This document shows, piece after piece, positions 18,652-27,521 of a stretch of DNA of 64,000 bases. The DNA comes from an uncultured Bifidobacteriaceae bacterium. GTDB lineage: Bacteria; Acidobacteriota; Vicinamibacteria; Vicinamibacterales; JAENWD01. The notes under the pieces are model-generated. The model was not told where the DNA came from. It worked only from the letters and a program-made list of their open reading frames with translations, and did no database searches. The stretch covers positions 8,122-72,121 of the forward strand of contig CAYUPN010000004.1 in the NCBI GenBank assembly GCA_964446605.1, in the 5' to 3' direction. How positions within the stretch are numbered: the first letter of the stretch is position 1; every line of letters begins with the position of its first letter. The translations under genes and the position numbers were made by a program.

Positions 18652-19658
18652 CGCGGCAGTGCGCGGCCCTGCCCGCTGCGTCCGGTCGTCCGCGCGGTGG
18701 CGGTCGTCCGGCTCCGGCGCGCCTTGCCCTGACGGAGGACGAGCGCCTTGTACTCGCGAATCAGCAGCTCGAGATGCTGCCGCTCCTCGTCGGCGAACTC
18801 GAGGAAGATCTGCTTTCCCTCGGAGTCCTCGAAGCGTTCGCCGTACCGCTTGAAGAACCGGTGTGACCCGCGCTCACAGCGGATCCCGATGAGATACGCC
18901 TGCTGATCGTTGACGCCGCGCGACAGCCGCTCCGTGCCCTCGGAGAAGAGGCCGTTGGCCGCGCCCTTGAAGAACAGGAACGTCGGGCGCGATTCCAGCT
19001 GGGGATCGCGCTCGAGCAGCCGGCGGTAGCGCGCCTCGAGCGTGCCGAGGTGCTCCTTCTCCTCCTCGGCCAGCTTCTGGAAGACCGCGCGTCCCCGCGG
19101 GTCCCGGGTGATCGAGGCGGCGCGGGTATAGAACTCGAGCCCGCTGCGCTCGGTGGCGATGGCGATCCGCAGCGCGTCGCGCGCGAAGAGCAGCGCGGTC
19201 GTCGACCCGGTGACCGGCGCGGAGCTGCGGCGGCCGGCCCGGCAGTCCTCGCACTCCCCGTAGATCTGCAGCACGCTCTGCCTCGCGGCGAAGCCGCGCG
19301 CCGCGGCGATCTCCTCGATGAGCGCCTCGATGTCCGAACTGAGGAACTCGGAGGACTGATTGCAGGTCTTGCAGATCAGGTGGAAGTGGCGCGGATGGCG
19401 ATACGAGTGCTCGAAGCGGAAGCGCCCTTCGCCGAAGTCGACCTTGCGCGCAAGGCCGGCGTCGACCATCCACTGGAGCGTGCGGTAGACCGTCGCACGG
19501 CTGATGCGCCGGTCCTCCGCCCGGATGAGATCGACGAGATCGTCGGCGCTCAGATGTCCCTCCTGGCGGAGGAACACATTGACGATCTGATCGCGCTTGC
19601 TCGATCGCTTTCCGCCGTGCGGACGCAGCCGCTCGAGATCGAATGTGGGTGTGGTCAT
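18648..19658 (-). CDS. Fur-family transcriptional regulator fused to a rubrerythrin/ferritin-like di-iron four-helix-bundle domain
   Basis: Residues ~20-150 are Fur-like (winged helix, HFHLICKTC and GECEDC Cys4 site). Residues ~165-320 carry E...EEKEH ... E...EERQH, the paired ExxH di-iron signature. Confidence 0.8.
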   Translation of the reverse strand: MTTPTFDLERLRPHGGKRSSKRDQIVNVFLRQEGHLSADDLVDLIRAEDRRISRATVYRTLQWMVDAGLARKVDFGEGRFRFEHSYRHPRHFHLICKTCNQSSEFLSSDIEALIEEIAAARGFAARQSVLQIYGECEDCRAGRRSSAPVTGSTTALLFARDALRIAIATERSGLEFYTRAASITRDPRGRAVFQKLAEEEKEHLGTLEARYRRLLERDPQLESRPTFLFFKGAANGLFSEGTERLSRGVNDQQAYLIGIRCERGSHRFFKRYGERFEDSEGKQIFLEFADEERQHLELLIREYKALVLRQGKARRSRTTATARTTGRSGQGRALPR

Positions 19659-19693
19659 CCCATCCCGTCAGTCAGGCGTCCGCGTTGCGGACG

Positions 19694-20017
19694 CTAGGCG
19701 CTGAACGACGACCCGCAGCCGCAGGTGGAGACGGCGTTCGGGTTCTTGATCGTGAACCCGCCGCCGGTGACGGTATCGACGAAGTCGACCTCCGCCCCGC
19801 TGAGATACCGGATGCTGATCGGATCGACGTAGAGCCGGACGCCCTTGCTCTCGAACACCTGATCCCCGATGGCGGTGTTCTCGTCGATCATGAGGCCGTA
19901 CTGGAACCCGGAGCAGCCGCCCCCCTGCACGAACACGCGCAGGCCGGAGCCGCCCTTCTGCTCTTCAGCGAGGAGTTCGTTGATCTTGGATGCAGCGGTT
20001 TCGGTGACGTTGATCAT
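19694..20017 (-). CDS. erpA: iron-sulfur cluster insertion protein (HesB/IscA/ErpA family)
   Basis: 107 aa with GGGCSGFQYG and C-terminal CGCGSSF. TATAAT plus GGAGAG lie upstream. Confidence 0.9.
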   Translation of the reverse strand: MINVTETAASKINELLAEEQKGGSGLRVFVQGGGCSGFQYGLMIDENTAIGDQVFESKGVRLYVDPISIRYLSGAEVDFVDTVTGGGFTIKNPNAVSTCGCGSSFSA

Positions 20018-20115
20018 CTGCTAAGCTCTCCGCAACGCTCATTATAGCGACCGCACGGCGCCCTTCTCAAGGACGCGGCCTCGCTCCCGGGCCGTCTCTG
20101 CAGCCGGTTACCTCG

Positions 20116-21027
20116 TTGACCCTCAATTATTTAGGCGCCGACATCGAGAGCCGGCGGCGCATCGCGGAGGCGCGCTGGGCCGACCTCGCCGCGGCCCGTC
20201 CGCGGCTCGGCCGCGCCATTGCCCTCCAGCGGCGGACGGTAGGCCGGCAGCTGGATCTCCTCGCCGCATTCGCGACGACGGCGCTTCCCCCGCCTCCGCC
20301 CGAGGCCGCGGTGCTCCACCGGCTGGCCGACGGGCTCCCGGTGCTGCGCGTCGACATCCCGCCGCTGCCCGTCGACGCGCTGACCCCGATCATGGTCGAG
20401 CTTGGCCGGGCCGTCAGCGAGGTGTCCGGCGTGCCGGCGGGGACCCGTGCCGCCGATCTGATCCAGCAGGGCGCGGTCGACCCGGCCCGCCTGCTCGCGC
20501 TCGTGTACCAGCGCGACGAAGAGGCCGTCCGCCAGCTCGCCGCCGAGCAGGCGGTCTCGATGGATGCGCTGTGGCTGCTCGCCGACGTGCCGCTGGCGCC
20601 GCTGGCGCACCTGCAGCAGCTGGCCGCGCTGCGGGAGGACGAGGCCGACTCGCCCGTCCGGGAAGCGCTGGACCGCTGGGACGCCGGCTTCTGCCCTGCC
20701 TGCGGATCGTGGCCGGCGCTGGCCGAGGTGGCCTACGGGGAGCGGCTGCTGCGCTGCGCGTTCTGTGCCTGCGCCTGGCGGATGCTCACGGACCGCTGTG
20801 CCTTCTGTGGCACGTCCGACGAGCGGTTCGTCACAATCGCCCCCAATCGGGACAGACCGGCCCGACGGCTGGAGCTCTGCCGGCAGTGCGGCGGCTTCCT
20901 GAAGGTCCTGACCGTGGACGTGCCGACGCCGTTCCCGCTGCTGGCGATCGACGACCTCGCGAGCGCCGATCTCGACCAGGCTGCCATGCATCATGGCTAT
21001 CGGCGGCATCCGCTGCCGCGCCTCTGA
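20116..21027 (+). CDS. FdhE-like protein (formate dehydrogenase accessory family)
   Basis: C-terminal four CxxC pairs in FdhE spacing (CPACGSWP, CAFCACAW, CAFCG, CRQCGGFLKV). The TTG start is uncertain. Confidence 0.7.
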   Translation: MTLNYLGADIESRRRIAEARWADLAAARPRLGRAIALQRRTVGRQLDLLAAFATTALPPPPPEAAVLHRLADGLPVLRVDIPPLPVDALTPIMVELGRAVSEVSGVPAGTRAADLIQQGAVDPARLLALVYQRDEEAVRQLAAEQAVSMDALWLLADVPLAPLAHLQQLAALREDEADSPVREALDRWDAGFCPACGSWPALAEVAYGERLLRCAFCACAWRMLTDRCAFCGTSDERFVTIAPNRDRPARRLELCRQCGGFLKVLTVDVPTPFPLLAIDDLASADLDQAAMHHGYRRHPLPRL

Positions 21028-21171
21028 CCGGCCGCCGACGCGCAAGCCCGCGCCGCCGCTTCGGAAACGCCCGCCCCCCGTCTCCCTCTCACCCGCATTT
21101 TCCGGTGCCTGCACCGGCTGTTTCCGTGCTCCGGAGCGGCCGGCCGCACCGGCCGGATCCACACGGGGACC

Positions 21172-21177
21172 TATAAT
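21172..21177 (+). promoter_or_regulatory. TATAAT -10 box 8 nt upstream of the fumarase ATG (leaderless-type)
   Basis: Perfect hexamer. No Shine-Dalgarno fits between it and ATG 21186. Confidence 0.4.
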
Positions 21178-21185
21178 TCAGGAAT

Positions 21186-22718
21186 ATGCTCCCGTCGTTC
21201 TTCGATTCCGTCCTCGAGCTCGTCATCCAGACCGCCACGAACCTTCCGCCCGACGTGCGCGCCGCCATGAAGGGGGCCATGGGGGGCGAACCCGACGGCA
21301 CCCGCGCCTCCCAGGCGCTCCAGATCATCGCCGCCAACGTCGATCTGGCCACCCAGGGCGAAGGCGCGATCTGCCAGGACACCGGGATGCCGACCTTCGA
21401 GATCCGCACGCCCGTCGGCGCGAACCAGATCTGGATGAAGGCGCAGATCCGCCAGGCCGTGGCGGAAGCGACCCGACGCGGGAAGCTCCGCCCCAACTCG
21501 GTGGACTCCATCACCGGTAGGAACTCCGGGGACAATCTCGGGCCCGGCACGCCCATCCTGCACTTCGATCAGTGGGAGAACGAGGACGAGATCGAGGTAC
21601 GGCTGATCCTGAAGGGCGGCGGCTGCGAGAACACGAACGCGCAGTACGCACTCCCGGTGGAGCTGCCGCGGATGGGACGAGCCGATCGCGATCTCGAGGG
21701 CGTACGCAAGTGCATCCTGCATGCGGTCTGGCAGGCGCAGGGCAAGGGCTGCGCACCGGGCGCGGTCGGCGTCTGCGTCGGCGGCGATCGCACGTCGGGC
21801 TACGCGCAGGCCAAGGAACAGCTGTTCCGCACCCTGGACGATGTCAATCCGGACCCGCGGCTGGCGGAGCTCGAGGCCGACATCATGCGGACGGTGAACA
21901 CGCTCGGCGTCGGCGCGATGGGCTTCGGCGGCGCGGTGTCGCTCATCGGGTGCAAGGTCGGCGCGCTGAACCGGCTGCCCGCCAGCTACTTCGTCTCCGT
22001 GGCGTACGACTGCTGGGCGTTCCGGCGGCTCGGCGTCGTCCTCGACGCGCGGACCGGCGCGATCCGCCGGTGGCTGTACCGCGACCCGGCGACGCCCGTC
22101 ATTCCGATGTTCGACCAGGCGGGCTTCCAGCGGACGGGCCGCGAAATCGCGCTCCGCACGCCGCTCGACGAGGCCACCATGCGATCGCTGAAGGTCGGCG
22201 ACGTCGTGCTGATCTCGGGCCGGATGTTCACGGGCCGCGACGCGGTGCACCACCATCTGATGCACCATGAGCCGCCAGTCGATCTGCGCGGCGCCGCGCT
22301 CTACCACTGCGGCCCGGTCGCCGTGCAGGAGAACGGTAGCTGGACGATCAAGGCCGCAGGCCCCACGACGAGCATCCGCGAGGAGCCGTATCAGGCGGAC
22401 GTGATCCGGCGCTACGGCATCCGCGCGGTGATCGGCAAGGGAGGCATGGGGGCGAAGACGCTGGCCGCGATGAAGGAGTGCGGCGCGGTCTATCTCAACG
22501 CGGTCGGCGGCGCGGCGCAGTTCTACGCGAAGACCATCGACGCGGTCGAGGGGGTCTCGCTGCTCGACTTCGGCACGCCCGAAGCCATGTGGCACCTGCG
22601 CGTGACCGACTTCCCCGCCATCGTCACGATGGACGCCCACGGGAACAGCCTCCACACGGACGTCGAAGAGGCCTCGGCGGAGAAGCTGACAGAGCTGGCC
22701 GGCGCCGCCGGCGGCTAG
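21186..22718 (+). CDS. class I (Fe-S) fumarate hydratase, fused alpha/beta type
   Basis: 510 aa. N-terminal domain ICQDTGMPTF and LILKGGGCENTN. C-terminal domain GRMFTGRDAVHHHL and VIGKGGMG. Confidence 0.88.
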   Translation: MLPSFFDSVLELVIQTATNLPPDVRAAMKGAMGGEPDGTRASQALQIIAANVDLATQGEGAICQDTGMPTFEIRTPVGANQIWMKAQIRQAVAEATRRGKLRPNSVDSITGRNSGDNLGPGTPILHFDQWENEDEIEVRLILKGGGCENTNAQYALPVELPRMGRADRDLEGVRKCILHAVWQAQGKGCAPGAVGVCVGGDRTSGYAQAKEQLFRTLDDVNPDPRLAELEADIMRTVNTLGVGAMGFGGAVSLIGCKVGALNRLPASYFVSVAYDCWAFRRLGVVLDARTGAIRRWLYRDPATPVIPMFDQAGFQRTGREIALRTPLDEATMRSLKVGDVVLISGRMFTGRDAVHHHLMHHEPPVDLRGAALYHCGPVAVQENGSWTIKAAGPTTSIREEPYQADVIRRYGIRAVIGKGGMGAKTLAAMKECGAVYLNAVGGAAQFYAKTIDAVEGVSLLDFGTPEAMWHLRVTDFPAIVTMDAHGNSLHTDVEEASAEKLTELAGAAGG

Positions 22719-22761
22719 CGCCTGGCCCGGCCGCCGCGGCCGGCCCGGCCGGGAGACTGGT

Positions 22762-24162
22762 ATGTCGACACGCACGGAACGGGACCCGCTCGGAACGCTG
22801 GACGTGCCGTCCGGCGCGTATTACGGCATCCAGACCCTCCGGGCCGTCCGGAACTTCCCCATCAGCGATCTCCGCGCGCCCGCCGACCTGATCGTCGCCA
22901 CGGTGCTCATCAAGAAGGCGGCCGCGCAGGCGAATCTCGCGCTCGGCCGCCTCGACGCCGACGTCGCCGGCGCGATCACCGCCGCCGCCGACGAGGTGAT
23001 CGCCGGCTCCTTCCGCGACCAGTTCGTCGTCGACGTGTATCAGGCGGGCGCCGGCACGTCGCACCACATGAACGTGAACGAGGTGCTCGCCAACCGGGCC
23101 GGCGAACTGCTGGGCGACCCGCTCGGCACGTACGCGCGCGTGCACCCGAACGATCACGTCAACATGGGGCAGTCGACGAACGACGTGTTCCCCACCGCCA
23201 CGCGCGTGGCGCTGCTCCTCACGCTGCCGCGGCTCGTCGCGTCGGCGCGCGATCTGGCGGGCGCGCTCGAGGCGAAGGCCGCCCGGTTCGCGCACGTGCT
23301 GAAGGTCGGCCGCACGCACCTGCAGGACGCGGTGCCGATCACGCTCGGTCAGGAGTTCTCGGGCTTCGCCGCCTGCATTGCCCGCGGCGCTGACGATGTC
23401 GACAACGCCTCGGCGCAGCTGCTGGAGCTGAATCTCGGCGCGACGGCGGTGGGCACGGGCCTGAACGCGGGGACCGAGTACACGCGGCTCGCCGTCGCGC
23501 ACCTGGCGCAGGAGACGGGGCTGCCGCTCCGGCCCGCCGGGAACCGGTTCCGGGTGACGCAGAGCATGGGCGACGTGCTGGCCGTGTCGGGGGCGGTGAG
23601 ACGCCTCGCGACCGAGGCCGGCAAGGTGGCCAGCGATCTCCGGATGCTTGCGATGGGACCGCGGGCCGGCCTGGGGGAGATCGTGCTGCCCGCCGTGCAG
23701 CCCGGCTCCTCCATCATGCCCGGCAAGGTGAACCCCTCCGTGCCGGAGATGGTGAACCAGGTGGTCTACCAGGTCATCGGCTGCGACGCGGCGGTCGCGG
23801 CCGCGTGCGAGGCCGGACAGCTCGAGCTGAACGTGATGATGCCGGTGATCGCGTGGAATGCGCTGCACGCCGCCGGCATCCTCGCGCAGGCCCTGAGCGT
23901 GCTGCGCGAGCGCACGGTGGAGGGTCTCGAGGCCGACGAAGCGCGCTGCCGGGAGCTGCTCGATCGCAGCACCGCCCCGGCGACCGCGCTCAGCCCCTAC
24001 CTGGGCTACGCGGTGACCGCGGAGATCGCGAAAGAGGCCATCGCCACCAACCGTACGATTCGCGAGGTCGTGGAACGACGGGGGCTGCTGGATGCCGGGC
24101 GGCTCGACCGCATCCTGTCGCCGGAGGCCATGACCGAGCCGGGGATTGTCGGGGATCACTGA
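22762..24162 (+). CDS. aspA: aspartate ammonia-lyase (fumarase/aspartase superfamily)
   Basis: The SS-loop GSSIMPGKVNPSVPEMV carries the aspartase-type V/I-PE rather than the fumarase C-type TQCE. Confidence 0.8.
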   Translation: MSTRTERDPLGTLDVPSGAYYGIQTLRAVRNFPISDLRAPADLIVATVLIKKAAAQANLALGRLDADVAGAITAAADEVIAGSFRDQFVVDVYQAGAGTSHHMNVNEVLANRAGELLGDPLGTYARVHPNDHVNMGQSTNDVFPTATRVALLLTLPRLVASARDLAGALEAKAARFAHVLKVGRTHLQDAVPITLGQEFSGFAACIARGADDVDNASAQLLELNLGATAVGTGLNAGTEYTRLAVAHLAQETGLPLRPAGNRFRVTQSMGDVLAVSGAVRRLATEAGKVASDLRMLAMGPRAGLGEIVLPAVQPGSSIMPGKVNPSVPEMVNQVVYQVIGCDAAVAAACEAGQLELNVMMPVIAWNALHAAGILAQALSVLRERTVEGLEADEARCRELLDRSTAPATALSPYLGYAVTAEIAKEAIATNRTIREVVERRGLLDAGRLDRILSPEAMTEPGIVGDH

Positions 24163-24830
24163 TGCCTCGCTGGTACAGGCGCGCGGCGTTCGCGCTGGCC
24201 ATCGCGGTCGCGCTCTCGACGGGCGCCGTCGGACAGCAGGGCGGCGCCGATCAACAGCGGCGGCTCTTCCCGCCCGAGGAGCTCGGGGTCCTCGAAGGTC
24301 CCGATCGCGACGCGTGGCAGAAGCCGGATCAGGTGATGGACGCGCTCCGGATCGGCGAAGGCTCGGTGGTCGCGGACCTCGGCGCGGGCGGCGGCTGGTT
24401 CACGGTGCGCCTGGCGCGGCGGGTGGGTCCCAACGGGCTCGTGTTCGCGCAGGACGTGCAGCCGGAGATGCTCGAGTCGATCCGGCGGCGGATCGATCGC
24501 GAGGGATTCCGGAACGTCCGTTACGTACGCGGAGAGCCGACCGACCCGAAGCTGCCCGACAGCGTCCTCGACGCGGTGCTGCTCGTCGAGACGTATCACG
24601 AGTTCTCCAATCCGGCCGCGCTGCTGCGGGCGCTGCGCGACTCCATCAAGCCCACGGGGCGCATCGGGATCATCGAGTTCACGATGGACGGCGGGGGCCC
24701 GGGACCGCCGATCGGCGATCGAGTGCCTCCCGAGCGTGTGATAGAACAGGCGGAAGCCGCGGGGCTGACGCTGCTCTCCCGCGAAACGTTTCTCGAGTTC
24801 CAGTATTTCCTGATCTTCGGGAAGGGGTGA
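24162..24830 (+). CDS. class I SAM-dependent methyltransferase with an N-terminal signal/anchor sequence
   Basis: ATG 24162 shares one base with the aspA stop (TGATG). Motif I VADLGAGGGWFT. N-terminus MPRWYRRAAFALAIAVALSTGAVG. Confidence 0.75.
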   Translation: MPRWYRRAAFALAIAVALSTGAVGQQGGADQQRRLFPPEELGVLEGPDRDAWQKPDQVMDALRIGEGSVVADLGAGGGWFTVRLARRVGPNGLVFAQDVQPEMLESIRRRIDREGFRNVRYVRGEPTDPKLPDSVLDAVLLVETYHEFSNPAALLRALRDSIKPTGRIGIIEFTMDGGGPGPPIGDRVPPERVIEQAEAAGLTLLSRETFLEFQYFLIFGKG

Positions 24831-24835
24831 GGCCG

Positions 24836-25408
24836 ATGGCCACGAAGCCGTCCGCGCAGGCGGGCTCGTTCGTGCACCACCTGATGGGCGCCGCGACGTT
24901 CGACGCCGCGACCTACGAGCGCATCGAAACGGATCCGCAGGCGTCGACGTGGGCGGCGATGACCGTCCTGCTGGCCAGCCTCGCCGCCGGGATCGGATCG
25001 GGCGGGTGGTCCGGTCCGACGCTGGGAACAGTCGTGAGCGTGACGGCAATCGCGCTCGCCACCTGGGTCGCGTGGGCCGTGATGATCTTCCAGATAGGCA
25101 CGCGCGTGCTGCCGGAGCCACAGACGCGCGCGACGCTCGGCGAGCTGCTGCGCACGACCGGCTTCGCGGCCGCGCCCGGGTTGCTGCAGGTCTTCGCCGC
25201 GTTCCCGCGGGTGACGATTCCGGTCTACCTCTTCACCTGGCTCTGGATGCTCGCGGCCATGATCGTGGCCGTGCAGCACGCGCTCGACTACCAGCGGACA
25301 TGGCGCGCCGTGGCCGTGTGCGCACTGGCGGCGAGCCTGGCGGTGCTGCTCGCGTTCGGAATCGGGGTGATCTGGGGTCCGGCCGTCGTCGCGCCGACCG
25401 TTCAGTGA
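24836..25408 (+). CDS. Yip1-family membrane protein
   Basis: Soluble N-terminus (FDAATYERIETDPQAS) followed by about five TM helices. Starts 5 nt after the upstream stop. Confidence 0.65.
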   Translation: MATKPSAQAGSFVHHLMGAATFDAATYERIETDPQASTWAAMTVLLASLAAGIGSGGWSGPTLGTVVSVTAIALATWVAWAVMIFQIGTRVLPEPQTRATLGELLRTTGFAAAPGLLQVFAAFPRVTIPVYLFTWLWMLAAMIVAVQHALDYQRTWRAVAVCALAASLAVLLAFGIGVIWGPAVVAPTVQ

Positions 25409-25516
25409 ACGGCATGGCCGCCGCCCTGCATGAGTTGCCAGCGCCGTTCCGCTTCACGCTTCACCGGACGCAGCATCAGACGACGGATCGTCCACACGCC
25501 GGGTGCCAGCCGCCAG

Positions 25517-26902
25517 CTACTTGTCAGCCAGGTTGAAGCAGACGAGCTTCAGGTTCGTCATCTCCTCGATGGCGAAGCGGACTCCCTCGCGGCCGATGCC
25601 GCTCATGCGGTTCCCGCCGTACGGCATGTGGTCCACACGGAAGATCGACGTGTCGTTCACCATGATGCCGCCCACGTCGAGCGCGGCGACGGCGCGGAAC
25701 GCCTTGCGGAGATCGTGGGTGTAGAGCCCGGCCTGCAGGCCGTACGGCGAGTCGCCGAGCAGCCGCAGCGCCTCCTCGAACTCGTCGTAGACGACGATCG
25801 AGACGAGCGGCGCGAATGCCTCGCGGCACATCACCTTCATGTCGGGCCGCGTGCCGGTGAGCACCGCCGGCCAGAGCAGCCGTCCTTCGCGGCGGCCGCC
25901 GGCAAGCAGCGTCGCTCCTTCCGCGACGGCTTCGCGAATCCACGACTCGGCGCGGTCCGTGGCCTCGTTCGAGATCATCGGGCCGACGTCGCAATCACGC
26001 TCCAGCGGGTTGCCGACCCTGAGCGCCCGGGTTGCCGCGAGGAAGCGCTCGAGGAATGCATCGGCAATCGCGCGGTGCACGTACAGCCGCTGCAGGCTGA
26101 TGCAGACCTGCCCGGCGTTGGCGAACGCCGAGACGACCGTGCGCGGCACGGCGAGGTCCAGGTTGGCGTCCGGCTCGACGATCGTGCCCGAGTTGTTGCC
26201 CAGCTCCAGCGTGACGCGCTTCAGCCCCGCGTTGCGCATGATCAGTGCGCCGACGGGCGGGCTCCCCGTGAACGAGATCTTCGCCGGGCCCGGATGGCGC
26301 ACCAGCGCGTCCCCGGTCGTCGGCCCGTCGCCGTAGACGAGCTCGAACGCCCCTTCCGGAAGGCCGGCCTCGCGAAGACAGGTACCCAGCAGGCGGGCGG
26401 TGAGCGGCGTCTCCTCGGCGGGCTTCAGCACCAGCGTATTGCCGGCGGCCAGCGCGGGCCCGACCTTGTGCGCGACCAGATTGAGCGGGAAGTTGAACGG
26501 GCTGATGGCCGCGACGACCCCGAGCGGCGCACGGACGTAGAAGCCCACGCGGTTCTCGCCGAACGCGGAGGCATCCATCGGCACCGTCTCGCCGTGGATG
26601 CGCTTCGCCTCCTCGCCGGCGAAAGTGAACGTCTCGATGCTGCGCGCGACCTCGTTGTCCGCGTGCTTCCAGGCCTTGCCCGCCTCGCGCGCGATCAGCG
26701 CGGCAATCTCCTCGCGACGCGCCTGGATCCGCCGTGCCGTCTCCAGCAGCACCGCGGCGCGCCGGTGCGCGGCTGTCGCCGCCCAGCCAGGAAAGGCCTG
26801 CCGGGCGCGCTCGACGGCACGATCCACGGCCGCCGCATCGGCGACCGGCACGCGATCGATGACCTCGCCCGTGTACTTGTCGAGCACATCGAGATCGGCC
26901 AT
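25517..26902 (-). CDS. NAD(P)+-dependent aldehyde dehydrogenase
   Basis: 461 aa. ELGNNSG and catalytic AGQVCIS motifs. Confidence 0.88.
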   Translation of the reverse strand: MADLDVLDKYTGEVIDRVPVADAAAVDRAVERARQAFPGWAATAAHRRAAVLLETARRIQARREEIAALIAREAGKAWKHADNEVARSIETFTFAGEEAKRIHGETVPMDASAFGENRVGFYVRAPLGVVAAISPFNFPLNLVAHKVGPALAAGNTLVLKPAEETPLTARLLGTCLREAGLPEGAFELVYGDGPTTGDALVRHPGPAKISFTGSPPVGALIMRNAGLKRVTLELGNNSGTIVEPDANLDLAVPRTVVSAFANAGQVCISLQRLYVHRAIADAFLERFLAATRALRVGNPLERDCDVGPMISNEATDRAESWIREAVAEGATLLAGGRREGRLLWPAVLTGTRPDMKVMCREAFAPLVSIVVYDEFEEALRLLGDSPYGLQAGLYTHDLRKAFRAVAALDVGGIMVNDTSIFRVDHMPYGGNRMSGIGREGVRFAIEEMTNLKLVCFNLADK

Positions 26903-26906
26903 CCCG

Positions 26907-27521
26907 TCAGATCTCCCGTGCGCCGGGAACGACGGTGCGGCGCGTTCCCTCCATCCGGCCGTCCCATCGCGAGAGATCCTCGGTGTGGATGCCGAACAGA
27001 TCCAGCAGGCGGGTGACGGTGTACTCGACCAGTTGCTCCACCGTACCCGGCCGGATGTAGTACGCGGGCACCGGCGGCGCGATCACGGCCCCCATCCGGC
27101 TCAGCTTCAGCATGTGCTCGAGATGAATCTCGTGGAACGGCGACTCCCGCACGGCGAGCACCAGGCGGCGCCGCTCCTTCAGCACGACGTCCGCCGCGCG
27201 CGCGACGAGCCCATCGCCGGTTCCGGTGGCGATCTCCGCCAGCGTCTTCACGCTGCACGGCACCACCACCATCCCCATCGTCACGAACGACCCGCTCGAG
27301 ATGGCGGCGCCCTGGTCGGCCGGCCGGTACGAGGCGGTGGCGAGCCGCTGGACGTCCTCGAGCGTCCGCCCGGTCTCGTGCGCGAGGGTCCGGGCGCCCC
27401 ACCGGCTCACCACGAGGTGTGATTCGACGCCCGTGTCGCGCAGCCGTTCGAGGAGCCGGACGCCGAGGATCGAGCCGCTGGCCCCCGTGATGCCGACGAC
27501 GAGCCGGCGCGGCGGCGTCAT
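26907..27521 (-). CDS. ubiX: flavin prenyltransferase UbiX
   Basis: 204 aa, RLVVGITGASGSILGVRLLERL...VVPCSVKTLAEIA. Start found by residue count inside track ORF 26907..29054. Confidence 0.9.
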   Translation of the reverse strand: MTPPRRLVVGITGASGSILGVRLLERLRDTGVESHLVVSRWGARTLAHETGRTLEDVQRLATASYRPADQGAAISSGSFVTMGMVVVPCSVKTLAEIATGTGDGLVARAADVVLKERRRLVLAVRESPFHEIHLEHMLKLSRMGAVIAPPVPAYYIRPGTVEQLVEYTVTRLLDLFGIHTEDLSRWDGRMEGTRRTVVPGAREI

